A program made the position numbers and the translations under genes. DNA of 64,000 nucleotides from positions 106,888,001-106,952,000 of the forward strand of contig OX597823.1 in assembly GCA_951406725.2 (NCBI GenBank). Direction: 5' to 3'. Each line of letters begins with the position of its first letter. The first letter of the stretch is position 1. Source of the DNA: Octopus vulgaris (Eukaryota). The notes beneath the pieces are model-generated. The model was given only the letters and a program-made list of their open reading frames with translations, was not told the origin of the DNA and did no database searches. Positions 29,943 through 43,224 of this stretch are shown one piece after another.

Positions 29943-30464
29943 GCTCTCTGTATACATATATATGTGAATGTATTTATCTATATGTGTATGTGTGTATCTA
30001 TATTTGTGTATATATCTGTTTGCGTGTGCATTGATCAGTGTGTTTATGATATATGTATACTCATCTATGTATGTATATACGTATCTACATGTAAATATAA
30101 ACACTATCTAGTCAGTGTACAAAAAACTTCTTTGTTGTTCCAAATGTATGCGTACAAATATACATACATACATATATACATGTATACATACTTGCATGCA
30201 TGCATACGTACATACAAACATAAACACACATACACACACGCACATACACATACACATATACACACTTACACATTCTCTCATACATTTTAGCTGAGCGACT
30301 GCGGTCATGCTGGAGCTCCACCGTCGCTGTGACTTCAGCTTCCCGTTTATTCGTTCATTGAAACCGCAGCATATGTTTCTTTGGCCCAAATCGCTTGCTG
30401 GCGGCAAAGAACACGCGCCAACAAGTCGTTGCATGGAAACGTCAACTACGTCACTAGTTTCCAA

Positions 30465-31048
30465 TTTTGGCACAAGGCCAGTAATTTAGTGGGAGGAATA
30501 AGTCGATTAGAACGACCCAAGCGCTCAAATGGTAGTTATTTTATCGATCCTCAAAGGCTGAAATGCAGGTTTGACCTCGGAGAATTTTGAACTCAGAACC
30601 TAGAGACTGACGGACAAAATGTAGCGGCAGACGAAATACCTATTTCTTTACTACCCACAAGGGGCTAAACACAGAGGGGACAAACAAAGACAGACAAACG
30701 GATTAAGTCGATTACATCGAACCCAGTGCGTAACTGGTACTTAATTTATCGACCCCGAAAGGATGAAAGGCAAAGTCGACCTCGGCGGAATTTGAACTCA
30801 CAACGTAACGGCAGACGAAATACCCATTTCTCTATTATCCACAAGGGGCTAAACACAGAGGGGACACACAAGGACAGACAAACGGATTAAGTCGATTACA
30901 TCGAACCCAGTGCGTAACTGGTACTTAATTTATCGACCCCGAAAGGATGAAAGGCAAAGTCGACCTCGGCGGAATTTGAACTCAGAACGTAGCGGCAAAT
31001 GCCGCTAAGCATTTCGCCCGGCGTGCTAACAATTCTGCGAGTTCGCCA
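30465..31048 (-). mobile_element. SINE family B array: head, two conserved bodies, diverged terminal body with tail type 1
   Basis: Repeated GACCCCGAAAGGATGAAAGGCAAAGTCGACCTCGGCGGAATTTGAACTC units. Confidence 0.9.
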
Positions 31049-32277
31049 CCCTACACTACAGTATATATTGGGTAGTCTATGTCATGTTTGTTGCAAACTA
31101 CATACCCGCGTGCGAAAAAGAGAGTGGGGAGACAGAGTGGTATACAAGTTATATGCATACACAAATAGGGAGATTGACGGAAATGCACACACTTCTAAAC
31201 ACAGGGTCTTTGTGACATACTTGCATAGACACTGGCCAACACTTTTGTAGTGTGTACTGCATCTGCCAACCCAAATATAGTGATTTATATAATAATTTGG
31301 TACAATATGCTCTACTATCTTGTCTTGTTGATTTTTTTTATATCCCAGAATTACCAGTATTGATCATATAAATGATCAAGGTTGTTTCAACCGTGACCAC
31401 CATGCTTTTTTTGTGTGTGTGTGTGTTTATTTATAGCTTCATTATTCAAAGTGTTTTTACATTTTAAGCGGAAAGTGAGTGATTTGATGGCTATTTGGCA
31501 GCCATTTCAACCAGGCTGAATGACCACTTGGAGGCCACCTTGTTTTCTTGTATGGTAACAATATGTGCAATATGTTGTGCAAAATAAAATGCAGTATTGT
31601 TGTGCACTGTAGCATATTCCACAGTCTAGATTGTATGGTTGTGTAGCCATCTTCGTGCGTATGTATCTAGGTGGCAAATTGTGTATGAGTGCGGAAGTCT
31701 ATGCGTGTATGCATGGATATAACTATGTGTGTAGGTGATTAGATATGTATGTGTGTAGATGCCTGGGCGGGTATTAGTGTACGTGTCTAACTATCTACGT
31801 CTTTAGATATCAGGCTGTGTATGTAGGTGTAGGTGTCTAGCGGTGTATATATTTATGCGTTTGGATGCGTATGCATGTATCTGTCTAGATTTTTGTATGG
31901 GTATGTGTTTAGATGTACATGTAGGAGCCCAAGTATGCACATGTGTAACCGAGGTGAGCAATGCCCTTGTTATCCATGTCCTCATTTCTAGGGTATCCAT
32001 ACTAATTTCTGAATGAGTAGACTTATGCCTGAAACGAGAACAATCTAGTTATGACGTACAGCTATTTTGATTTCACCTATCGAATGTATCGTACCTCGTT
32101 CTGTTGTTTGACAATGATGTACAATCCCTTCCAGCTGAACTATTCAATAGATGACATTGCAGTTTGCAGTATGATAATGATTGTGTCTGCCTGTGTATAA
32201 CAACAGAGTTTGTCAGAGACCACATCACTGATGAACAAGCTGGACTTAGTCGATATAAGGAGGATAAGAGGCAGCAT

Positions 32278-32480
32278 GGCGGCGAGCTGGCAGAATCGTA
32301 AGTATACCGGACAAAATGCTTAGTGGAATTTCATTTGTCTTTACGTTCTAAGTACAATTTCCTGCGAAGCCGACTTTGCCTTTCATCCTGTCGAGATTGA
32401 TAAAATAAGCACCAGTTGAGCACTGGGGTTGATGTGGTAAATTGGCTCTCCCACAAGTTTCGGGCCTTGTGTCTAATAAT
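32278..32480 (+). mobile_element. SINE family B, diverged, tail type 1
   Basis: GGCGGCGAGCTGGCAGAATCG head; TTTCGGGCCTTGTG tail. Confidence 0.8.
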
Positions 32481-32817
32481 AGGAACTTAACTGTAGGTAA
32501 ATCGACGAGCTGGTGGAAGCGTTAGAGTGTGCGACTAAATGGCGGTATTCCTTCTGTATTTTTAAAAACTGAGTTCATATCCCTCACAGGTTAACCCTAC
32601 GGTTCTTCAAGGATGCGATGAAATGAAGTACCAGAGGAGTACTAGGGTCGATAATGTTGACTAACCTCCTCTTCGGCTTGTTTCTGAATCAAAAGCAGTT
32701 TTTATTTATAGCAGTAGTAGTAGTAGTAGTAGTAGTAGCAGTTCCTTGAAATTTGCCGAAGGCAACTTGCAACACAACATAGAATTTTTGTAACAATGGC
32801 TATGTCTAACTATTTGG

Positions 32818-32902
<85 letters not shown>

Positions 32903-33634
32903 ATTTTTGCATTAATTTTTTTCAATTGGTAGAAATATTGTTCTTGTTTAGTTCAAAGTCAAGCTCTGATTAAGCAGACCTACGACTAAAGCCACTCCTT
33001 ACATGACAATCCTATATTTTCATCAATGATAGTCTCGGCTACATTATCCCTTTAAAGGGAAACAGAAAAGATTGATTTCAAGGATATTTGACTGCAATAT
33101 CTAGTAAAACTTATATCTACGTCATAGCTTGTAGACATCATTTATATATAGTGTTCATCACGTGATATTTGCTGTCATGCAGTGTTAATGCTCTACAGTC
33201 GGTTGTCTAGACACTCTGATGATGATATGGAACACGATAATTTAAAAAATATGTAATTTGGCTTTTTTCATCCAATGTTCAAGTCAGTGAATGAAATTAA
33301 GAAAGGTTCAAATATTAAACTTCTCTCAGGATTATTATTGTTATATAGTATCATTGCTGTATTATTGTAAATAATTTCATGGAAGTGAATTTAGATTCAA
33401 TTTAATTTTAGCGATGACTAAACTATGATTATGCGACGAACATGTTCTTGCGTATATTAAAATAAAAATAATTGACTTTATGTAGATATATAAAGACAGC
33501 ATGAAGACAATTTTTTTCATTATCTTTGAATTCTATTCTAAACAGACAGCTTAAATATAGGTAAACAGACATTTTATGGAATATAACATACACACTTAGA
33601 AGCGCGTGCGCACACCCACACATTAAAATATTCT

Positions 33635-34028
33635 TTTCTACTCTGGGCACAAGGCCCGAAATTTTTGGGGAGGGGGCCAGTCGATTAGATCGATCTGAGT
33701 ATGCAACTGGTACTTAATTTGTCGACCCCAAAAGGATGAGTGGCAAAGTCGACCTCAACGGAATTTGAACTCAAAACATAAAGACAGACGAAATACCTAT
33801 TTCTTTACAACACACAAGGGGCTAAACACAGAGAGGACAAACAAGGACAGACAAACGGATAAAGTCGATTATATCGACCCCAGTGCGTAACTGGTACTTA
33901 TTTTAATCGACTCCGATAGGATGAAAGGCAAAGTCGACCTCGGCGGAATTTGAACTCAGAACGTAGCGGCAGGCGAAATACCGCTAAGCATTTCGCCCGG
34001 CGTGCTAACGATTCTGCCAGCTCGCCGT
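33635..34028 (-). mobile_element. SINE family B dimer (body+tail2, then body+tail1)
   Basis: Same units as at 30.5 and 47.8 kb. Confidence 0.9.
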
Positions 34029-34371
34029 CTTACAGACATTACAATATTGCAGATGGTATAGCAGCGTAGTACTCCATAATATCGCACACCAGGATATGAC
34101 GAATGGGTAATTTATCATTCAAAACACAAGTTATTCTAACATTATTACCGAAATGATTTCGTTTGACCTTTAATCTCCAAATTTGAGGATTCCTGAGTTT
34201 GGGACTTTGTTAAAATATTGTTGATGACAGATGGATTCGATGATACTGTCAGCAATTAAAAAATAATAATTAGTACTAATTATTGATTATTAGCGGATGC
34301 ATTAATGTAGTTGGTGCCTGTCTTTGTCTAATGAGCTGTCAGCAGAAATAGGTGTGATGTCATCAACATAT

Positions 34372-34880
34372 AGGTGTAGGCGTGGCTGTGTGGTAAGAAG
34401 TTTGCTTCCCAGACACACAGTGCTAGGTTCAATCCAGCTGCGTGGAATCTTAGGCTGGTGTTTTCTACTGTAGCACCGGACAGACCAAAACTTTGCGAGT
34501 GAATTTAGCAAACAGAAACTGGAAGAAGTTCGACATGTGAGAGAGAGAGAGAGCGCTAGAGAGAGAGAGAGAGAAAAGAGAGAAATAAAGAGAGATAGAG
34601 AAAGAGAGAGAAATAAAGAGAGAGAAAGAGAGAGAGCGGGAAAAAGAAAGAGAGAGAGAGAGTGTGTGTGTGTCTTTGTGTTTGTGTTTGTTCCCCACCA
34701 GCACAACACAGCCGCTGTTGGTTTATTTATATCTGCGTAACGTTGTAACTCGGTAAAAAGTGACCTATAGGATAAGTACCGGGCGTTTAAAAAATAAGTA
34801 CTGGCATTAATTAGTTTGATTAAATCCTTCAAGGTAGTACTCCAGTATGGCCACAGTCGAGTGACTGAAACGAGTGAAAG
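34372..34880 (+). mobile_element. SINE family A, diverged, with (GA)n expansion
   Basis: GGCGTGGCTGTGTGGTAAG head; GTGACTGAAACGAGTGAAAG tail. Confidence 0.8.
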
Positions 34881-34922
34881 AAAAAGATGCGGCAATACAA
34901 TTAGGTTTTGAAAAAAAGGGAA

Positions 34923-36300
34923 GTAAAGGAATGAACAGAAATTGCCAAACCCACGTCTGGTGTGGCCACCAGCAGAATGCACAAGTAACCCACCATATAG
35001 TAATTAGCTCCGCTAGAAATAGTAGTTAAATGATATTAAATTACTTTTAATCACAACCTTAAAAATAGAAAGGATATGCCGTGCAGTTCTGAGTTGGCGA
35101 AGGTCTGTCGCGGAGGCAATGAGTAAAAGAAATCATGATATTCTTTTACTCTTTTACTTGTTTCAGTCATTTGACTGCGGCCATGCTGGAGCACCGCCTT
35201 TAGTGGAGCAAATCGACCCCGGGACTTATTCGTTGTAAGCCCAGTACTTATTCTATCGGTCTCTTTTGCCGAACCGCTAAGTGACGGGGACGTAAACATA
35301 CCAGCATCGGTTGTCAAGCGATGCTAGGGGGACAAACACAGACACACAAACACACACAAACACACACACACATATATATATATACATATATACGACAGGC
35401 TTCTTTCAGTTTCTGTCTACCAAATCCACTCACAAGGCAGAAGACACTTGCCCAAGATGCCACGCAGTGGGACTGAACCCGGAACCATGTGGTTTGTTAG
35501 CAAGCTACTTACCACACAGCCACTCCTGCGCCTATATGATATAATCTAAGCGTCCAGTGTGCAGTAACGTTACTTGTTGTTAGTGCTGTCGTCTCAGCCC
35601 AGTGACAATACTCATCGAACGGGTTTGAAACACACTTGGAGGATCCCACAAATTCATGATTCCAGATGTCATACTTCCGTCTGGTTCGGAAGCATATGGT
35701 ACTTTCACACAGGCAATGTCGAACGACAGAGTTTCGGTCTGGACATATATTCACACTACAGTCCATTCTATTTCTGTATGACTGTTGTTGTTGTTAAGCA
35801 ACAAGACGAGTAAGGATGATTAGGTGATGGTCTAGGGCTTAGGGGCGGGAGACCCCAGACCTTAGAAAAAAAAAACTTTGGTTGTCTTGTTGTAGTCGAG
35901 GGCTCTTCGTTGACGCCCGACACCAATGGGAGGTGGCCCTCGAAGTTGCTGGAAATGGAGATCTCCAGGTCCAAATTCTTGAACGTCTGTTGTTGTTGAT
36001 GGTGGTGGTGGTGGTGGTGGTGGTGGTGGTGGTGGTGGTGGTGGTTAACGCCTGCTCAACTCTGATTAACTAATCATTTATGAGTAAAGACGTTCCAATT
36101 GTTACCATCCTGCCTTTTTGCATATCAGAAACTATACTGCACGGCATATCCTTTCTATTTTTAAGTCCGTGATCAAAAGTAATTTAATATCATTTAACTA
36201 CTATTTCTAGCGGAGCTAATTACTATATGGTGGGTTACTTGTGCATTCCGTTGGTGGCCACACTAGACTTGGGTGTGGCAATTTCTGTTCATTCCTTTAC
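34923..36300. repeat. Long inverted repeat, arms ~34923-35090 and ~36125-36300
   Basis: AAGGAATGAACAGAAATTGCC...GGATATGCCGTGCAG is reverse-complemented in the right arm with few mismatches. Confidence 0.92.
35142..35533 (-). mobile_element. SINE family A with a small internal deletion
   Basis: Matches 4536-4960. Confidence 0.9.
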
Positions 36301-36551
36301 ACAACCATTAGCGATGTGTATCGCAGTATTTACAGGGCTAATGAGATTAATTATTCAACCTGCAGCTACTCATGTAAGTGGGATTGTTTTTTTAATATTT
36401 GTCTGAGCCGAGTGAGAGAAATAAAAGTTTAAGGGATCCGTAATACTCGAGTTCTGGGGTGAGGAGCTTTCAAAATGTGTTCAGCATACTTACGGGTTTG
36501 TGCGGAGTGACGAGGAAGCTTAGCTTTAATAACAACGGTGATGGTTGGCGT

Positions 36552-36882
<331 letters not shown>

Positions 36883-36955
36883 TGCTTTATTTGTTGGTTG
36901 TGTGTCAATAGAATTTTGAATCGGAAAATTTGTTATTCTTTCATCATTAACTGAA

Positions 36956-37340
36956 GGCGGCGAGCTCGCAGAATCGGTAGCACTCCGGGCGAAATGCTTA
37001 GCGGTATTTCGCCTGCCATTACGTTCTGAGTTCAGATTCCGCCGAGGTCGACTTTGCCTTTCATCCTTTCGGGGTCGATAAATTAAGTACCAGTTACGCA
37101 CTGGGTTCGATATAATCGACTTAATCCGTTTGTCTGTCCTTGTTTGTCCTCTCTGTGTTTAGCCCCTTGTGGGTAGTAAAGAAATAGATATTTCGTCCGC
37201 CTCCATGTTCCGAGTTCAAATTCCACCGAGGTCGACTTTTCCTTTCTTCCTTTCGGGTTCGATAAATTAAGCACCATTGACACACTGGAGTCGAATAATC
37301 GACTATCCCTCTCCCTAAAATTTCAGGCTTTTTACTTTTT
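36956..37340 (+). mobile_element. SINE family B dimer (body+tail2, then diverged body+tail1)
   Basis: GGCGGCGAGCTCGCAGAATCG head; second body follows AAAGAAATAG. Confidence 0.9.
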
Positions 37341-37399
37341 GTAAAAAAGGGTTATCCATTGGCCTTTACATTACATCCAGCTACAATTTGTACGTAGTG

Positions 37400-38191
37400 T
37401 TGTTGTTTTTCTTGTTGTTGCTGGGGTTTAAGCTGTTACTGCCGTTGTTATTGCCATTGTTGTTGGTGTTTATGTTTGTTATCCACCTTGATACTATTGA
37501 TTGTGATTCTTGCTATTGACCCAATATTGTTTGTTGTTGCTCGTCAGAGCAGCGGACATCCTTGGCAGTATTTTTTCTAGTTGCTTCCATTTTGATTCCA
37601 AATCCCGCCGAGAAGGACCTTTTTGCCTGTCAACTTTTTCAAGGGTCGATAAAATAAAGTAGCAGCCACATTACCTAAATTCTGCTTAAGTCACCGACAG
37701 TATTACCATTACAACTATCATTTGTTGCATTTATTATAGTTGTTGTTGTGTTTATTGTTATTGACCTTCGCACAACATATAATACTGTTGTTATTCATTT
37801 TATCATTACAGCAGCCGCTATTATTGCTTTCGTCGTTGTTATTGTAGTTATTATGAAGTTATTGTTTTTTGACCTTGTTATTAAAGATGCTATTCATATT
37901 GTCATTATAACTGTTGCTGTTATTACTGCCGTTGTTGTTGTTGTTGTTGTTATTATTGTCGTTTTTGTTGTTGACTTTGCCTGTTACTCCTACCATTACT
38001 TTTGTTGTTGTTCCGAGTGACCTTCATGTTATTATTGTGGATACTGATTTCAATGTAATTGATATTGTTGATATCCATATTGCCATTATGACTGTCTATT
38101 ATGACTGTTGTTATTGTTTTTGGCGTTGTTTATGTTATTGATTTTGTTGTTTTTTGCTAACGTCTGTCTTACGATGGTTGTAGATGCTTCC

Positions 38192-38260
<69 letters not shown>

Positions 38261-38772
38261 ATTATTATTGCTGTTGTTGTTACACTGTTGACGGTTTTCG
38301 TCTTACTACAAGTTGCAAGTGTTGTTGTTGTTGTTGTTGGTTTTGTTACACTCGTTTTAGTATTGCTATTGCTGACCTGCTTGTTGTCGATGCTACCCTC
38401 GTAATTGTTGTTGTTATTGTTGTTGTTGCTGGTGATGGTGGTGGTGGTAATGGTAATTATGGTAGTGATGGTGGAGAGGGTAAGGATGGTAGTGGTGGTG
38501 GTGGCGGTGGCGGCGGCGGTGGTGGCGGTTGTAGTGGTGATGGTGGTGGTGGTGGTTGTAGTGGTGGTGGTAGTGGTGGTGGTGGTGGTGGTAGTGGTGG
38601 TGATGGTGGTGGTGGTGTGTGGTGGTGGTGTGTGGTGGTGGTGTGTGGTGGTGGCGAGGTTAGTATTGTTACTCTTTCTCGATGCAACAACTGCCATCGT
38701 CGTGGCCTTTGTTTTTATATCCACCGTTGCTATTGTTGTTACCGTTGTTATTGATACTACTCCTGTTGCTGC

Positions 38773-38807
<35 letters not shown>

Positions 38808-38841
38808 TTATTGCTGCTGCTGCTGCTGACGACGACGATGA

Positions 38842-38875
<34 letters not shown>

Positions 38876-38890
38876 GGTGGTGGTGGTGCG
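37400..38890. repeat. Low-complexity GTT/ATT/GGT/GCT/GAT trinucleotide mosaic
   Basis: Visible directly; source of the 287-aa low-complexity ORF. Confidence 0.9.
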
Positions 38891-39252
38891 GAGATGCGGA
38901 GATTAATGAAAATCATCGAAACCGCTATTGGATTTTCAATTGAGATCAAGCAACATCAAGGTTAACGGTGGGAGGAAAAGGAGGATTAGGAGGAGGATGG
39001 GTGGAGGCTGGGATTCGTGCTATTTATGGCAATGATTCACATAATTGCATAGCGATGTCTGTCTGTTTGTCTGTCAAGTTGTTTGTATGTATGTGTGTGT
39101 ATCTGTGTATGTGTGCGCGCGTGTGTATGTGTGGTGGTGTATGCGGCGTATGTGTGGTTACGTATATTTCTATATACATGCATAAATGAACATATAATTA
39201 CACGCATTAAAACATATATATAGGGCTACATTTAAAAATAACTGTGTGCTAG

Positions 39253-39408
<156 letters not shown>

Positions 39409-39875
39409 CAGGGTGCGGTGAATAAACTGTCGTCTAAAAGAAAATAACACTTAACATCTCATTCTAACATATATTTAACAAAATTACATAAAAATGTCTT
39501 CAAATACTAAAGAGGAAATTCATTAAATAAACTCGCCATTGGCTTCAACCAAGGATTCCAGATGACGTCGGAATTTCCTGCAACTCTTCTGGACAGTATC
39601 CTTTTTTAAGTTGGTGAATGCTGTCATAATCCTTGCCTTCAGTTTATCTTTGGTGTAACAAGGAGTTTTGTTGGTCTATCGCTCAACTGAGCCCCAAACA
39701 TAATAATCAAGGGGTTTGCAGTCTGGGAAGATCGGTGGCCAGATGTTAGAAGTGATGTGGTCACAGAAATTGCCTGACAGCCATGACTGGCTTCTCCTGA
39801 TTGTGTGGCTTCGTGCAGAGTCCTGTTACCAGACATTGGGTCTTTCAGCAGCCACTCTCTTGACCCAACGTCCAC
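39409..39875 (-). mobile_element. Tc1/mariner superfamily (maT/DD37D-like) transposon 3' remnant
   Basis: Minus frame WVKRVAAERPNVW*QDSARSH...IWPPIFPDCKPLDYYVWG...LVEANGEFI; terminus TA|CAGGGTG at 39409. Confidence 0.8.
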
Positions 39876-40111
39876 AGCGTCTTACCATTAGTATTTTCCC
39901 TAGTAATTTGAAATAGGATATAACTCTCATAACCTATGGAAATTTCTTATGGAAGTGAATTTCCTTACCATAAGATGTAATCCCATAACTTATGGATATT
40001 ATTTTGGAATTGAGGTTTTTTTACCATTCCTTACTATTTTTTTTTTATTTACTTATTCTATTTTATTATTTTATCTTACTGCATCACATATTAGCTTCCT
40101 AACATTATGGT

Positions 40112-40255
40112 CTCTCTGATGAAGTTTTAGGGCTCAATTGTTGTCCAACTCTTGTCCAATGTTTGTTCAACTTTTGTACACTCCCTGTATATTACTGGTA
40201 CAATTTGGAAAACTGGGCGAGTTGGAAACCCCCAAAGTAGAAACAGTTGTAAGAG
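40112..40255 (+). ncRNA. Type I hammerhead ribozyme motif with ~115-nt stem II insert (probable Penelope-like pseudo-LTR remnant)
   Basis: CTCT-CTGATGA(40116)...GAAA(40240)-CAGTTG-TA-AGAG: stem I CTCT/AGAG, short stem III, GUA cleavage triplet; stem II base imperfect. Confidence 0.55.
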
Positions 40256-41043
40256 TTTACTATTTTCTCACTCATTTTGTTCTTATTCATTTATTTATTT
40301 ATTTATTTTTATTCATTGTTTATTTGTTTGTTTATTTTGATTACTTATACGTATGATTGTAATTAATTAATAAATAGAGCCAAATGAATGTTTACAGGCT
40401 GATGTTTGTCGATTTGATTATCCTCTCCATTTTCTTATTTGTCTTATAAATTCTGGGTAAATTTCTGCTTTACTCCTACTCATACAAATTATTCAATTGT
40501 GGTGCTGCCCTGCAATCGTAAGCACTTGGATATAAATACGTAGGTATACATCCAGTAGTGTATTGGATATTTATTATCCCTTAGATGGTTGCTTAACCTC
40601 TAACTCATATAGACACACACACATACATACATACATACATACATACATACATACATACATACATACATACATACATACATACATACATACATACATACAT
40701 ACATTCATACATACATACATACATACATACATACATACATACATTCATACATACATAGATATATATATATATATACACTCACATATATATATATATACAC
40801 ACACACATAAGCACTCACATAGATATATACATACATATGTGTGTGTGTGTGTGTGTTTATCCCCCTCCAACCGATGTTAGTGTGTATACGTCCCCGTAAA
40901 TTAGAGGTTCAGCAAAATAGAACGATAGAATAAGTACTAGGCCTACAAAGAATAAGTCCTGGTGTCGATTTGCTCTACTAAAGGTGGTGGTCCTGCATGG
41001 CCGATCTCAAAATACTGAAACAAGTAATATATATATATATATA

Positions 41044-41603
41044 TGGTGGCTGCCCCCTCGTTATCGAGTATGGCCATTGCACGGAGCTTAATCAATGTTG
41101 TTATCGTGCAATGCCTGTGCAAGAAGATTTTTTTTAAGTGAGGAAAGGCTGTGCACTGAGTCAATCCCACTCACTAAGCAACAGCAGCCACAATCCGAAA
41201 AGAAGAACAAGTCAACATCATCAGTAACCACTGAGCCGCAGGTTTTATGTCGGAGTTATCCCAATTACCTGAGATAACTTCTCCTAGAAGGATGCCCTAA
41301 CAAAGGCTAGGAGTCCTTCACTCCCAATGGTTTAACAGCATGATCGGGTATTCAGTCCGATTATTTCTATGTCCCTGCGCATGATCCAGCCTTAAGACAT
41401 TTATTGGATGGCCGTTGACTCTCAAGAGTTCCTCCGCTCTTTGACGGGTTTTGTTTTTCATCCCGCAGGGTGACCAATAAACACCCTCCTCATCAAGCGA
41501 GCTTGGTGGGGTTGCCGGTTTAGTCGCCGACGACCCGACCATGCAACGGGTAGTACTGAGTTACATGTTACCAGTAGCACTCGAAAGTGACCTGACATAG
41601 TGA
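41044..41603 (-). mobile_element. Non-coding ~560-bp element, probable non-autonomous RTE-like retroposon
   Basis: GC-richer than the flanks, bounded by (TA)n; one end is repeated at 18423. RTE assignment rests on recalled UTR resemblance only. Confidence 0.55.
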
Positions 41604-41883
41604 TAATATATATATATATATTTACATACAAACACGCACACACACGTATGCATATTTCTGCATCAATAAGTATGGAGCATGAAAAATGTTGGTGGCCTAA
41701 AGTAGGAAACAAAAGGATCAAAAGGCAGTTTTTCCCGGATTCTGTAGCGAGGATTACTCAATTTCGTCAGCTGCGTAGACTGGAACAGTGTGAGACCAAG
41801 TCTTTTGCTCAAGAACACAAGGCATTAACCTGTCCAAGAATCAAAACTGAAGTAAGAATCCACTGAAGTATGAATACTATGTA

Positions 41884-43153
41884 TCAGGTCATCCCATAAG
41901 TTCTGTCCGATTTTATCTTTTTCAAAATTGAATGAAATTTAATAATTTTAAAATTATTTTTATGCATTCGTGTACATTTAAACTAATTAAACATTATTTT
42001 ACGGAATAATAGAATTAAAAGTTTCTTTGATTAAAAACCTTTTTAACATGAAAGTATCCAAAGAGCATTTACATAATGCTTTATGAGTACAAAAAAGGAA
42101 ACTCTGCAGCAGAAGCGACTCGAAGCATACACTCAGTTTATGGGAAAGAATGTTTGAACGAAAGAACTTGTAGAAGATGGTTTGCAAAATTCAGAAGATG
42201 AAGATCGAACAGGACGTCCAATTGAGTTTGATGGTAAGCTCCTTGAGGTATTACATGAAGAAAACCCTGCCTTATCAGTTGAAGAATTGGCAATAAAGCT
42301 TAATTCAAACCATACAACTGTTTCTTCGTCATCTTCAACAACTTGGAAAGGTTCCTAAGCTTGGAAAATGGGTGCCTCATGAATTGTCCAAAAGCAACCG
42401 TAAATCCCGAGGTGACATCTGCTCTTCTCTCCATTCTCACGAACTCATTTCACCCTTTTTGGATAGACTTATGACTGGTGACGAAAAATGGATCTTCTAT
42501 CGAAATGTTAAACGTCGTAAAAAGTGGCTTGGTAAAAGGGAAAAAGGTCATCCACAACCAAGAAGGGAACTTCATGGAAAAAAGTTTTTTCTCTCTATCT
42601 GGTGAGATTGCAAAGGAGTAATTCACTTTGAATTCTTACCACTTAATACCACAATCAATGCTCAAGTCTACTGTAAGCAATTAGAGCGTTTGAACCAAGC
42701 TTTGAAGAAAAAAAAGACCCGCTTTAGTGAATCGAAAAGGAGTGATGTTTCATCAGGACAATGCGCGAGTCCACACTGCAAAGATCACATCACAGAAGAT
42801 CGCAGAGCTTGGTTGGGAAAAAATTCCTCATCCACCTTATTTTCCCGACCTTGCTCCTTCAGACTACCATTTGTTTCGTAGTTTACAGAATCATTTGGGG
42901 GACAAAACTGACGCAAGCCTGAAATGGGAAATGATGCTCCACCCACCATATCGCCAGATATGTACTACAGGAGAATTTTTCGTCATCGACAAGTGAACTT
43001 TGGAAGAGGGGCCTTGCAAGTCTACCAGATAAGTGGAAGAGCATTGTAGAAAACGAAGGTGAGTGTATTTTGGATTAAAAATGAACTTTGTTTATCTTAA
43101 TTTTGAAAAATAAAAGAAGTATAAAAAACCGCATTATTTATGGGATGATCCAA
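41884..43153 (+). mobile_element. Mariner (DD34D) transposon, near full length, transposase pseudogene
   Basis: TA-flanked imperfect TIRs (TCAGGTCATCCCATAA / TTATGGGATGATCCAA); motifs WVPHEL, MTGDEKW, HQDNARVH, HPPYFPDLAPSDYHLF; frameshifts and stops. Confidence 0.93.
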
Positions 43154-43224
43154 TATATATATAAATTGTATTGTTCCCTAAGAAGACACTTAAAATATTA
43201 TTTGCTGCATTATCATTTTTAACC

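Noticed and set aside
30620-31000. Regularly spaced repeats resembling a CRISPR array
   Set aside because: Whole ~180-bp units repeat with no unique spacers; they are SINE bodies in eukaryotic DNA with no cas genes
32220-32250. CTGATGA motif
   Set aside because: No partner GAAA or stems; better read as a decayed LINE RT 'DEQAG' remnant, itself too weak to list
38086-38949. 287-aa mucin-like or homopolymer ORF
   Set aside because: Trinucleotide mosaic open in several frames on both strands; no domain or splice support
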